Counted from the first letter of the whole stretch, positions 49,745 through 61,429 are shown. The stretch is 63,375 nucleotides of DNA, filler included, from Neoconidiobolus thromboides FSU 785 (GCA_025603075.1; 4 parts of 4 records of this genome joined end to end with filler, not necessarily neighbours in it), one strand, 5' to 3'. The notes: generated from the letters alone by a model not told the origin. Numbers and translations are program-made.

Positions 49745-51367
49745 TTATTCTTTCTTCTTTTTAACAGTATAAACTAACTTTTTAGATTGAAATCTTAAAA
49801 ATAATTTATAAAATGTATAAATGAAAAAAATAGAAATAATAATAATTGAAGTCAATAAAAACCCAATAATATCTAAATAATAATCTTTCCAGAAATTACT
49901 TTCTGATTTAGATAAATGTGCATTATAACAAGTAGAATCTTTACTACATAATTTGGTTAGCTCTAAATGAGCTTCTACCAAATCTGCTGTTTGACTTTTC
50001 ATATTTCTTCTATTCTTAATAATATTGTTTACTCGATTTAAATTCATTTCAAATTTATTGTTATTTAATAATTGATTTATTTTATAATGAATTTGTTTTA
50101 TGGTGTTTTGATGAATATCAATACTTAATCCTACATTCATTTGAATAACTTTTTGAGAACTACGTGGTTGATCTGCTAAAAAGGGATGACATAACAATGG
50201 TTTCTTTGCACTTATAGATTCAAATGTAGATTCTAGTCCACAATGAGATAAGAATAATTTTGTATGTTCATGGTTTAATATAGCTTGTTGTGGTGCCCAA
50301 TTTAATAATCTTATATTTGGATGTTGATTTTCAATTAATTGTTGTGTTGTATAATTAAAATTGTTAACATTTAATTCAAAATTTAATTTACTTAATCCTA
50401 ATCCAAATATAATACCATTGTATAGTCCTTTGTTTAGTCCTTCTATTAATACTGTCATAAATTTAGTCATTATCTTATTACCTAATAAGACATTAGAGCC
50501 AAAAGCAACATAAACTATATTATTATGTTGATTTAGAAATATATCTAATTCATTTGATAATTGAATATAATTATTATTAAAAATAGGACCAATCATATGA
50601 AAATTAGGTTGAATAGGTAAAATTGGTTCGTAGGGAAAGAAAGTGTTAGCTAAAGCTAAATCTTTATCCCAGTCTCCTAATGGGTTGATGCTTTGTGGAA
50701 TATTAAATTTAGCTCTTAATTGTTGCATTTTATTAATAAACGGTAAAAAGTAATATATTTCTTTTAGTTTTAAATAAATCATTTCATATAATCTTACAAT
50801 GAAACTACATTGATTTAAATACATATCGTTCAAACCAAATGAATTACTTATTACTCCATTGCTCTGTAATCCATACATATCTGCATGTTGGAAAGTATTG
50901 ATTATTGGTATATTCAATAATTTACCTATATCTCTACAAACAGGCGAAAAGAAATCACAAAACAATAAATCTGGATTTAACTCTTCTAATATTTCTTTAA
51001 AAGAAACAAATGAATCTTCATAAAGGGCTGGCATCAAGGTACCAATAATTGAACTTGCAACTCCAAATCTATCGATTGGTTCGTTAAACCCATTGATTCT
51101 TTTTGTTACAGCATCTAAACTCCATTTTTCATTATCGATGCTTCCACTTGCTAAATAAGTAAAATTATATCCAATTACAAAGTTAGCATTTTCCTTTGGT
51201 GCTACATAATATATTTCATGACCTCGTAAATTTAATTCTTTTCCGATTTCTAACACAGCTTTAATATGACTTTTGCCACCAGCACCACTATGTAATACGA
51301 TTTTATCACATAAACTTAAGTTGATATAGAAATAAAAGAGTATACATTTTATTAATGAAAGAATCAT
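49745..51367 (-). CDS. UDP-glycosyltransferase (GT1), intronless, with signal peptide, C-terminal TM helix and dilysine tail
   Basis: GGKSH catalytic-His region, VYVAFGS, signature WAPQQAILNH..TKLFLSHCGLESTFES...P.LADQ, TM segment and ...VKKKKE*. Confidence 0.93.
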   Translation of the reverse strand: MILSLIKCILFYFYINLSLCDKIVLHSGAGGKSHIKAVLEIGKELNLRGHEIYYVAPKENANFVIGYNFTYLASGSIDNEKWSLDAVTKRINGFNEPIDRFGVASSIIGTLMPALYEDSFVSFKEILEELNPDLLFCDFFSPVCRDIGKLLNIPIINTFQHADMYGLQSNGVISNSFGLNDMYLNQCSFIVRLYEMIYLKLKEIYYFLPFINKMQQLRAKFNIPQSINPLGDWDKDLALANTFFPYEPILPIQPNFHMIGPIFNNNYIQLSNELDIFLNQHNNIVYVAFGSNVLLGNKIMTKFMTVLIEGLNKGLYNGIIFGLGLSKLNFELNVNNFNYTTQQLIENQHPNIRLLNWAPQQAILNHEHTKLFLSHCGLESTFESISAKKPLLCHPFLADQPRSSQKVIQMNVGLSIDIHQNTIKQIHYKINQLLNNNKFEMNLNRVNNIIKNRRNMKSQTADLVEAHLELTKLCSKDSTCYNAHLSKSESNFWKDYYLDIIGFLLTSIIIISIFFIYTFYKLFLRFQSKKLVYTVKKKKE

Positions 51368-51750
51368 TTTTTGGTTTTATTAAATTGTAAAAAGTATAAA
51401 ATAAAAAGCTGATTTTGATGATTTTTTATATATCCTTTCGGGTTAATCAAATTTAACCGATTGTTTATCAGGTGTTCTTTATTATCCAAATTCACACCAA
51501 AATTTAACTTGTTTCGGGCGAATAAACTAGATTATTTAAAATTTTTGTTACCGAGGGCATATAAAGTAAAATTTTAAAACAGTAGCAATGATAAATGATA
51601 TAACCTAGTTTTTTAAAAAGATTTAACATTTTGGATTTGATTTATTTATTTATCTTTTTCCCTTAGTTAGTAACTAAAATTTAGAGATTTTATGATGGAT
51701 AAATGCTAGCTTTAAACTGGAGTAAAGTTCATATGAAATGGAATTAAAAG

Positions 51751-51815
51751 ATGAGATGTTTTTTTGGCTTCATTACTTTTTCGATTTTTTAAGCGCTATT
51801 TGAGTGGAAATTTTG
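51751..51815 (+). mobile_element. Truncated MITE (left two-thirds)
   Basis: GAGATGTTTTTTTGGCTTCATTAC...AAGCGCTATTTGAGTGGAAA. Confidence 0.8.
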
Positions 51816-51905
51816 TTTCCATTTATCATAAAATGACGCTTTAAGCTATTTGCGTTCATTCTAATATATTGAAATCTTCTGAACTATAGCTTATCTTTAG
51901 AAAGT

Positions 51906-52009
51906 ATATAGGGAGGATTTTTTTGGCTTCATCACTTTCCATTTTTAACCACTATCTGAACAGAAAGAATGTTAATAAAATCCTTAAACAAAAAGATACA
52001 TCCTCATAT
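51906..52009 (+). mobile_element. MITE copy
   Basis: GGGAGGATTTTTTTGGCTTCATC...ATACATCCTC-ATAT. Confidence 0.8.
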
Positions 52010-52259
52010 TTAATTTAGCGAACTAAAATTTATAATCGAAGTGACTTCAAAACCAAGCTCGTATTTATTATTTTAATTTATAGATATCAATTATAGCTTT
52101 AAATATGTGGTTAAAGTAATTAATATTCCTCATAACTAATTAACGTGTTTATACAGTATTTTTTGCCGAAAAAAAACTACTAATGAGAAAAATTACCACT
52201 GTAACTGAAAACTTTAATATTTACAGCCTAAAAAATGTTAAGATGCAAAAATTTTTGAA

Positions 52260-52332
52260 TGATCCCGCCAGGGATCGAACCTGGAATCTTCTGTTCCGTA
52301 GACAGACGCCTTATCCATTGGGCCACGGGACC
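52260..52332 (-). tRNA. trnR-ACG: tRNA-Arg (anticodon ACG), intronless
   Basis: GGTCCCGTGGCCCAATGGATAAGGCG-TCTGT-CTACGGA-ACAGA-AGATTCCAGGTTCGATCCCTGGCGGGATC-A folds as a cloverleaf; T5 terminator ~10 nt downstream. Confidence 0.97.
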
Positions 52333-52625
52333 ATTTTTGGGCAATGCTTACAAACTTTCGAATGAAGTTAATTGCTTGAGTTTTTATGTAGCAATTAGTA
52401 TATAAACTATCAATTTTTGTGTAGTCGTCTACTACTCAATGTTGATCAGTATAAAAGTGAATCAAGCATTTAAATTTATAATATTAGACAAATTTAGATA
52501 AAATTGACATGATTGAGTTTAGATGCAAATTAAAGAGCTCAATTTATGTTTAAATTGAATTGGTAATAGTTAATCGGTTAAATTGCATAAATATATTTTA
52601 TAGTAATATTAGAAAATGGCCTTAC

Positions 52626-52731
52626 ATATGGGGATGTATTTTTTTGTCTAAGGATTTTGCTAACAATCTTTCTACTCAAATAGAGCTTAAAAAATGGAAA
52701 AGTAATGAAACCAAAAAAAACATCCTCATAT
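52626..52731 (-). mobile_element. MITE copy
   Basis: ATAT-GGGGATGTATTTTT...CATCCTC-ATAT. Confidence 0.9.
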
Positions 52732-53602
52732 AATAAATAAACTAAATACAAATAGATCATCCCAACTTTCTGTATTTGAGTTTATTATTTGAGTTTATTT
52801 TACTTTTTTTAGTATATTCAAAATAACTTTTGTTGCTATTTAAAATTTCATAATAAATGTACCAGTTTTAATTATTTTTAGACTTTTAAATTATCAAACT
52901 ATTAATAGTTTAAAAATATACCAGTGTGTTAAAGCACTACTTTAAAATTAATATTTGTAAAGATTGGAAATAGGCGACAGAATAATTAAAAACATAAAAG
53001 CATAAAAACAAAGCTTTATTCCTTCATTATAGCGCAAAGACTTTGATCTGTATGCTTTAGCTAAAGGAGATGAGATGAATTCATATAATTAGAAAGAAGA
53101 AGATCAAATAATGATTTATCACCACACCCAGTAACTAATACATCTATTATACTAGTATTATTGTCCCCAAAGAAATAATAGATAATGGTTTTAGGAAAGA
53201 CTTCTTGTATATTAAGTAGATATTAGATTGTAATTTAAAGTGTTAAAAATATGATCATTTCATAAACATAATATAAATAGAATGTGGAATTTTTGCTATT
53301 TATCTAGAGTTTAGCCCTGAGCATTTTAGCTACTCCTCTAGAGTGAGTTCTTAATTTGGATCCAATTTGATGTAATATAAATTCGTCTTTGGTGGAAAGG
53401 AAATATGATAAATGCATTAGAGAGTAAAAGTGCTAGTGTGTTCTTCAATAAGATTTTCCGCTCAAAGAATAGCTCTCATATTAGCTAAGGCATAAGGCAA
53501 TGCTCTGCTTTTTTGATTTTAGTGGAGATAACTATCCTTATTTGCGCTCCACTTAAGTTCATTATAATCCTTAAATATTAATAAGGTAGCTTTCTGTTTT
53601 TA

Positions 53603-54982
53603 TTAATAGACAACTTTATTTGCTATAAGTTCTGTTTTGATAGGCAATGTAGTACTATGATTATCGATTTCATGAAAATACCTAAAAAAATCTGTATCGT
53701 AACAATTGTATTTATCGTCTAATGAATAAATTGGTCCAATAACTATAGGGTCCGTTATGATATTAGGAGGCCTGCTCTTTTTTATCTTATATTTATAAAG
53801 TAACAATACTATGGTTGCTGATATTAATATGATCCCTCCTAACCCTATTGTAATACATCCAATTATTATATTCTCGCAATTGGTATAAGTTATTTTTTCA
53901 CCATAATTAATATCATTCATTGATGAAGGTAAACGATCCATTTGTTCCCAATTAGTTATACTTATTAGTAAGATTTTATTGGAGCTTTCCGCAGACCTTT
54001 CGTTTCCATAATTAATATAGTATAATCCAAATAAATTTATTAAATAATCATTGTAAACAGCAAAACAGCCATTATTATTTATTCTAATTTGCTTAATTTT
54101 TTTGAATGAGAGTGGAGCTAATGTCAACTCATAAACATCACCCAAAAAGTTAGCATCTTCACCTTTTTCATATCCGATAAAATAAACGGATTGCCTATAT
54201 TTTATCATTTCGAAATAATCATTATGTTTGATTTTAATACTATACTCTTTTATACTCTTTGTTATTAAATCTAACTCATATAGCTTATGCTGACCACTTT
54301 TTCTGCGATCTTCTAGCCTTAGATCTAAAAAATAATAAAATTTGTTATTTGAAGTAAATAATTGATGAATTATCATATTATAAGACAATTCAAGTATTAA
54401 TTTTAGCTCCTTAGTTTCAATATTGAATGATTTCAATCGGAAAGGTGTTGTTATTTTGGAATTTTTATTGTAAGAATAACCAGAGATGTAAAACAAATTT
54501 TCATTTTTTTCATCTTGTAAAATAAAATAATTTTGAAAGGATGTTTCATTTTGACTATCATTTGTGATGGAATCCTCATATAGGTCTCTAATACTATATT
54601 CATTGTACCATTCATTTTTCTCAATATCGAAATATTTGATTGATAATAGTTTACTTTCCATATGTTGATAAAAGCTCACAATAACTCTAGTTCCATTTTT
54701 AGTGGTAGAATAAACATATGGACCCCAGCTCATTCTTGGATAATTACTTGTTTCATTCTTTTCCCATTCTGCTGAATTGTCTATTACTTTAAGTCCGTTT
54801 CTTAAATCCAATGTAAATACATTATGGTTTGATTCCTCTTCTTTTAAATTTGGTATAAATATATTTCCACCTAAATAATATACCTTATCTTCGATCACAA
54901 TACAGCCTCCACCTTGTACTCTTGGTAAATAAGCATTGACTTTACAAAACAAAAAAATAAATAACAAAAAATTGAACATCAA
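53603..54982 (-). CDS. Type I membrane protein with a Kelch-like (galactose-oxidase-like beta-propeller) ectodomain, intronless
   Basis: Signal peptide; GGCIVIEDKVYYLGG Kelch-type motif; TM IIIGCITIGLGGIILISATIVLLLY; basic stop-transfer residues; cytoplasmic tail. Confidence 0.8.
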   Translation of the reverse strand: MMFNFLLFIFLFCKVNAYLPRVQGGGCIVIEDKVYYLGGNIFIPNLKEEESNHNVFTLDLRNGLKVIDNSAEWEKNETSNYPRMSWGPYVYSTTKNGTRVIVSFYQHMESKLLSIKYFDIEKNEWYNEYSIRDLYEDSITNDSQNETSFQNYFILQDEKNENLFYISGYSYNKNSKITTPFRLKSFNIETKELKLILELSYNMIIHQLFTSNNKFYYFLDLRLEDRRKSGQHKLYELDLITKSIKEYSIKIKHNDYFEMIKYRQSVYFIGYEKGEDANFLGDVYELTLAPLSFKKIKQIRINNNGCFAVYNDYLINLFGLYYINYGNERSAESSNKILLISITNWEQMDRLPSSMNDINYGEKITYTNCENIIIGCITIGLGGIILISATIVLLLYKYKIKKSRPPNIITDPIVIGPIYSLDDKYNCYDTDFFRYFHEIDNHSTTLPIKTELIANKVVY

Positions 54983-56149
54983 AAAATAGAAAATTAAGTA
55001 ATTTTATCTTTATCTGCATTATTTATAAACTTCGATATGCATGAACCAATTATTGTATATTATCAAGTTTTGTACACTTATAGAAGTTAGCCAATAAGCT
55101 CATTATCTCATAAGAATAAGGTACAAATGTTTTTATTCTAGATTAAGTTACAGCCCAATTTTTATAGATTTTTAAAAAAAATTATTATTTGCTATAAATG
55201 GACAGGAGTGTGATATTGAACTGGGTAACTTCGATTAAAATTTCGATGAATTAATTTTATAGCACAAAAGGTAGATAATAAGCTAAAAATATAAAAACCT
55301 TGACAAAGCCTTGACATTGACACTAAAGATATTCCAGCTTTGGTCAATCACAGTACCTACATTAAATTAATATGAACTTCCACTTTCATATAAATTTTTA
55401 CTTAAAAATGGTGTAAAATTATTAGCTCTTCAAAAGCTAATTGTAGCTACTTTTTTAATTCAACTGACATTTATTTTGATTCGGTTTTATTTTGACCAAA
55501 CCACTATTATTTTATAAGATTGGTATAAAATCTTTCAGTTCAATAGTGTACCACCGCTAATAAATGAATAGTTTATGTAAAATATAACATATAGAGCATT
55601 ATTCATTAAATTAGCCACTTATTTTTTAGACTATCAAATCCTATAATTAAAACTTTAATGATAATACTACAATTGCTGATACATTTTTAAGGTTCTAATA
55701 GACCTCATAGAATGATAACATAAATTTATATTATTACTGATTCAATGGTAATTTATTAGGCCATTTTACATTAGAATTAGCTAAAAAGGATTTACAAAAT
55801 ATTTCTTACGTATTAAGTATTATTATATTAAAATAATATTTTAATTTTATACTATAACTGCTATCATGTTGAAGTTTGGTAATTTTTAATGATACTCTAT
55901 ACTATTTTAAATAGCTAGCATAATCAAAAATAATGAGAACTATACTAATTCTATATTCTATTGATAGTACCTCAAGACTTAAATTAAACTAATATAATTT
56001 TGAATTCAAAACAATGATAAAATAAATAACCTCGTATATCAAAACTTTAATTTAAAGCTACTATAACAATAATAGAACCCAAGTTAAACTTTATTTTCTT
56101 TAAGCATATTCATTTTTGTTAGAATTTTATTATGTGGTTTTTCAGGTAT

Positions 56150-57358
56150 TATAGAAACTTTTTATTTTCAATTTCATGAGAATGACTAAAAATTCCAATA
56201 CTATAATAGTCATTATTAGTGTCTAATGGATTTATTGACTTAGTATGGGTTGGTTCAAGCATAGCACTTGAGGGCCTTTCTTTTCTTATTTGTATTTATA
56301 GAATCTAAGAAACACAATAAACGCCACTAAAATAAATCCTCCTATCCTGCCTAGAATCCTGCCTATTAATCTGCACTTACTTAAATTACTTGTGCTCCCT
56401 TCATCGTTGCTAATAATTTTTTAATTAATGGGGGTAAATGATCAGTTTATTTCCAATTAGCCAACATCTGGGGATGTATTTTTGTATTTAAGAATTTTAC
56501 TAACAATTTTTCCACTCAAATAGCGCTTAAAAGATGGAAAAAGTGCTGAAGCTAAAAAAAACATCCCCATATCATTTGGTTGTATTTAACTATTTGAAGA
56601 GCAAGGCACTTATCAAAGTCAACTTTGTGTAGAGTTTTTTCCTTCGTTGCTAAGTGCATATAGTTTGTTATGATTGGTATCAAAAGGAAGTTCATTGGTA
56701 GCCAGTACTTCAAAATAATGTATTTTGTTATCTAAAATAAACAGTTGATAAATTTACGCGTTCTTTGGTGACCTGTGTGTTACTTCAGCTTTCTTATTTT
56801 GAATATCAGATAGATTCAAATGAAGTAATAAATATTTAGATGGGCTTAGTTGAAATAAAAAACCTAATATAAAGTTGATTTTTATTGTTTTCATCCTGTA
56901 AAACGTAAAACCCTTGTATGCCTCTATTATTCTGATCACCATTTGGTTTTCATTCTTTAAATAGATCTTTAATACTATACTCATCGTAACGTTTATTATC
57001 CTTGATGTTAAGATAGGTAAATACCAAGCTTTTATCACCATCATTCTCATATATACTTATTATGTTATTACTATCATTCGTATAAAATAATTTTGGTGTA
57101 TTCATTGTTTTTGGTGGATTTACTATATTAGTTTCATTCCATTCTGCTTCATTATTACTTAATTTAAACCCTTTCTTTAAATTTAAATGAAATGCTTTAT
57201 TATTATCTTTCCCATTGACTTGTACATTTACTATATAAACTTTATTGCCCAAATAATACAACTTATTTCCAACAACTAAATAACCCCCTTTATTTAATCT
57301 AGGGGAGACGGCGTTAGTTCAATAAAGTAAGGAACTGGTGACTAATAATAATAGCGTT
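56150..57358 (-). pseudogene. Pseudogene of the Kelch-like type I membrane family, with a MITE at an internal deletion
   Basis: Homology to 58281-59681 from the signal peptide (stop before NAVSPRL) to the tail (PINPLD, HEIEN); multiple stops and frameshifts. Confidence 0.85.
56466..56572 (-). mobile_element. MITE copy inside the Kelch-TM pseudogene
   Basis: ATCT-GGGGATGTATTTTT...ACATCCCC-ATAT; the flanks do not match each other. Confidence 0.92.
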
Positions 57359-58280
57359 TTAAAGAAGTATATTGATCTATGAGCTATTTATACCCCTTAC
57401 TTTAGCGATAAAACTCTGCTTTGGAATATACTTGGGCAATATAATTCTGAAATTTACATATTAGGGAGGTGTAACGGCTTAAACGTATAATATGTCCTCA
57501 CCTGAAATTGCCATAAAAACCATAGGTCTATTTCACATCAGTTTATTATCTTCTTTTTTAGCCTCTCTTATACATTAACACATTTATCCATCTTAGCTTT
57601 AGAAATAAACTAGATCAAACTGATTGGCCCTTTCAAGGTTTATAGAATTTTAAACATACCATAAAGTAATTTGCAAGTTTTTATTAAATGTTCCATAAAG
57701 GCCTCAAATTGATATTTTAAATATTAGTGAAAATAAATTAAAGTAATCATGGCTATTCCAATATAAAATAAATAACAAGTTTTTATCAGAATCGATGAGT
57801 TGCGTTTAAAGGGGCATCACTAACTAATTATCAATAAGCTTTACTACTATGGCTTTTAAGAATAATAGTATAGTATATAACGATTTACATGCATTATTAG
57901 CCATTTTACATCAAAAACTTTTATTCTTATTAAGAGTTAGTGGTAAAAAAAGCATAACTTATTTTTTGAAAGCTTAATAGTTTTACAAACGATAATAAAT
58001 TATGCAAAGTTATTTAGGTTCATAATTAATACTTTTAAACTATAACTTACATTATTTGCAGAATCATATGTATAACAAAGCTTTTAAAAAATATGAGGTT
58101 TTTTTGATTGCTAGCTTCTAAAAAAAAGTCGAAAGTGTATGAAAGTTATGTAAAGTTGATATATTAAAGTAGGGCGTTTTCATTTATTAGAAAGACGTAT
58201 AAGAAATTGTAAAAATAAACTAATCTCAATTTAATTTAGCATTTTTAAAATATGAAAGTCTTGATTAAAATCCATTTCCT

Positions 58281-59681
58281 CTAATTATGAATATTTCTAT
58301 TTGCTCTAGGCTCTGTTTCTATAGGCAACATACTACCATCATTATCGATTTCATGGAAATGATTAAAAAGATCGGTATTATGGTAATCGGTATTAATGTC
58401 TAATGGGTTAATTGGCTCAATAACAATTGGCTCAATTATAATGCTTGGAGTTTTTTTCTTCTTTAACTTATATTTATATAATACAAAGAATACAGCTACT
58501 GATATTATTATAAAACCAATTACTCCGCCTATGATACCACCTATTAATGGGCCATTATTCGATTCTTTATCATTATTATTAACTCCATCGTCAGACTTAT
58601 CATCAATGTTATCTTCTTTAATTAGTGGAGGTAAATAATCCACTTGTTTCCAATTACTCATATTAAATAACTCGATATAGTTTGAACTTTGAACTTTACC
58701 TGGGTTTTTATCATTTATTAAATTTAAACCAAACGAATTAATTGCGTAATTATTATAAGTAATAAAGCATCCAATCCGACCTATTTGAACACCTTCAAGT
58801 ACCTTCTCAAATGAAAATGGATTCATTTTGAATTTGTAAATATCCCCTGTATGTGGCTTTTTTGGATCTAGCCAAAGGTGATATACGTCGTGATTGAATC
58901 TAATCGTTTGAAAGCCAACATATTTATCAAAACCAACTTGATGTGATTCCATTTGTTTTGTTGTCAGATCAAATGCATGCAACCTACTAAAACTAGTGTA
59001 GTAAGCAATTTCATTAGTTGCCGGTATTTCAAAATAATACAACTTATTATTTAAAATGAACGATTGATAAATATACACATTGGCTAATGGTTTATATAAT
59101 ATCTCGACTTTCTTAGTTTGAATATTGAATTGTCTTAAATGAAGTGGAAAGTATTTAGCTGAACTATATTGAAATAAAAACCCAGATATATAAAATCGAT
59201 CTTTATTGTTTTCATCCTGTAAAATGTAAAGTGTTTGTGAACCTTTGCTTATTTCTTCATTTGTTAATTCGTACTCCTTGTATAAATCATTGATAATATA
59301 CTCATCATGCCATTTACTTTCCTTGATGTTAAAATAATTGAATGCTAACCTTTTACTACCACCATTCTCATATATACTTATTATATTATTACTATCATTC
59401 GTATAAAATAATTTTGGTGTATTCATTGTTTTTGGTGGATTTACTATATTAGTTTCATTCCATTCTGCTTCATTATTACTTAATTTAAACCCTTTCTTTA
59501 AATTTAAATGAAATGCTTTATTATTATCTTTTCCATTAATCTGTATATTCGGCATAAATATTTTACCACCTAAATAATATAATTCATCTTCAACAACTAA
59601 ACAACCGCCTCTACTTAATCTAGGTGATATAGCACTGACTTCATAAAATAAAAAACTAATTAACAATAATAATGGTATCAT
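58281..59681 (-). CDS. Type I membrane protein with a Kelch-like beta-propeller ectodomain, intronless
   Basis: Signal peptide; GGCLVVEDELYYLGG; TM LIGGIIGGVIGFIIISVAVFFVLY; tail homologous to 53603-54982. Confidence 0.8.
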   Translation of the reverse strand: MIPLLLLISFLFYEVSAISPRLSRGGCLVVEDELYYLGGKIFMPNIQINGKDNNKAFHLNLKKGFKLSNNEAEWNETNIVNPPKTMNTPKLFYTNDSNNIISIYENGGSKRLAFNYFNIKESKWHDEYIINDLYKEYELTNEEISKGSQTLYILQDENNKDRFYISGFLFQYSSAKYFPLHLRQFNIQTKKVEILYKPLANVYIYQSFILNNKLYYFEIPATNEIAYYTSFSRLHAFDLTTKQMESHQVGFDKYVGFQTIRFNHDVYHLWLDPKKPHTGDIYKFKMNPFSFEKVLEGVQIGRIGCFITYNNYAINSFGLNLINDKNPGKVQSSNYIELFNMSNWKQVDYLPPLIKEDNIDDKSDDGVNNNDKESNNGPLIGGIIGGVIGFIIISVAVFFVLYKYKLKKKKTPSIIIEPIVIEPINPLDINTDYHNTDLFNHFHEIDNDGSMLPIETEPRANRNIHN

Positions 59682-60970
59682 TTTTATGATAAAATTGTTG
59701 AATTCTATCTGCTATTTATACTTTATTTTTATGCATAACTATTAAAAAGATTAGAATAGCTTGTCTCCGAATTTCCATATTAAGATATCAAATTTATTAA
59801 AATATGGTGTATATTTATTCATAGTTATTACAAAGGAACTTATCATATTTTTATAAATATTAACCTTTTCATTTGTAACTCTTAATCACTTTAATGTAAC
59901 CTTTTTAATTTACTTCTAGAAATAGGCTGCTTAAAATCAGCTGCTTCCCAAGTGTTATAAAAATATAAAATAAACAATGTAAATAAAAATCGAGTTAACT
60001 TTCTGTCGACAATTATACATCAAAGACCCCAGGTTACTAGTTAAAATATTTTTGAAAAATAACTTTCAACTTCTATGACTCTAACTTAAATATGATTTAT
60101 ATAGTTAATTTTTACCAAGAATGGATAAGAAGTTTAAGATAATAATAAGTAGTTTAATGCTAATAAGTCTTTTTAGTATGGCTAGCTAATATACACTCTA
60201 GTATACAATATTTTATATAATGGCTAACCATTTTTATTTAAACAACTTTCATTGTTTTTTAATAGCTTATGGTAAAAGAATAATTAGAGTGGTAAAAAAA
60301 TCACTTTTATTTATAAATCATAAAAATTTAAGCAATTTTACAAGTCATAATAAACTATATAAAGCTTTTTTAAATTTATGATTCTTTGTGCTGTATTCAA
60401 ATTATAAGTTATTAAATTTCTTGAAGAACATTTTGCAAACGATAACAAGTTATACTTTTAATTTCATTATTGAAAAATTATTGTTTAGCTTCAAGCGCAA
60501 ATAGCTTTTAAAAATTACAAGTTACTTTTTTTATTTTTATCTGTTAAAACACCATTTTATAGGTATATATACCATATAATATTAACTGTAGAGCTTCATA
60601 TACTAGGATATCTTAGCTTGCTTTTATTCAATTATTATATATTATAATTCAATAATATCAATAATTTTAATAATTTTAGGTTATGAATTTTATTTAAATT
60701 TAATTAATTAGTATAGAATTGAACAAAGTTTTTGATCACTGTATAAAAAAATTCTTAGCTAAAAATTAAAATTTGGCCAAGTCAAAATTTATTTACGTAA
60801 TTCATGTAAGCTTAGGTCTTTAAATGAACTGGCTTAGTGACAATTTTTAGATTAATATTAAAATATATTGTATAAAGTGCTATTTAATTTATTAAGCAAA
60901 GTGAATAATATTTAATCTGAAAGTTATAAACTACATTTAAAATAATAAATGGTATGAGTCAGAATAAGTC

Positions 60971-61429
60971 TTAAGCATCACTAATACTTTGGTAACTAGA
61001 GTTGAGTATCCCATGAGTAGTAGAAACAGAGGCTTCATCAACTGGAGGTGGTGATGTGATAAGGTAAGGTGAAGTTTGACTTTTGAAGTAAAACGAGGAC
61101 CCGAAAGTAAATGTTCCAAAAAGACCAATTAAAATGGTACTTAGAATACCATACCAAGTATCTGAAAAACCTAGTAAAGCACAAACAAAATATGTCAAAG
61201 CTCTCCCAAAAGGATACATAAAAAAGCGAAAATGCTTCACATAAAACCTTTGCATAGGTGGAATTTCCGAAAAAATAATAAAGTTTGCAAATATATATCT
61301 TATTGCATCTAACACTATTAATCTTTCTGTTAATGGATGCCTCCCATCATGATCAAAAACATTATATCCCAATATCCCCGCTGCAAGTACATTAATACAT
61401 GAATTTAAAATCCTTAACTTATTAGCCAT
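60971..61429 (-). CDS. COPI-associated / Tvp15-like small Golgi membrane protein
   Basis: Three to four TM segments with the F.FFMYPFGRALTYF motif typical of this family. Confidence 0.7.
   Translation of the reverse strand: MANKLRILNSCINVLAAGILGYNVFDHDGRHPLTERLIVLDAIRYIFANFIIFSEIPPMQRFYVKHFRFFMYPFGRALTYFVCALLGFSDTWYGILSTILIGLFGTFTFGSSFYFKSQTSPYLITSPPPVDEASVSTTHGILNSSYQSISDA

Noticed and set aside
52183-52365. 60-aa ORF across the tRNA
   Set aside because: It is the antisense reading of tRNA-Arg.
849-56572. Repeated ~100-bp units as a CRISPR-like or regulatory array
   Set aside because: They are dispersed, irregularly spaced, in both orientations and carry TIRs and TSDs, which fits a MITE rather than an array.
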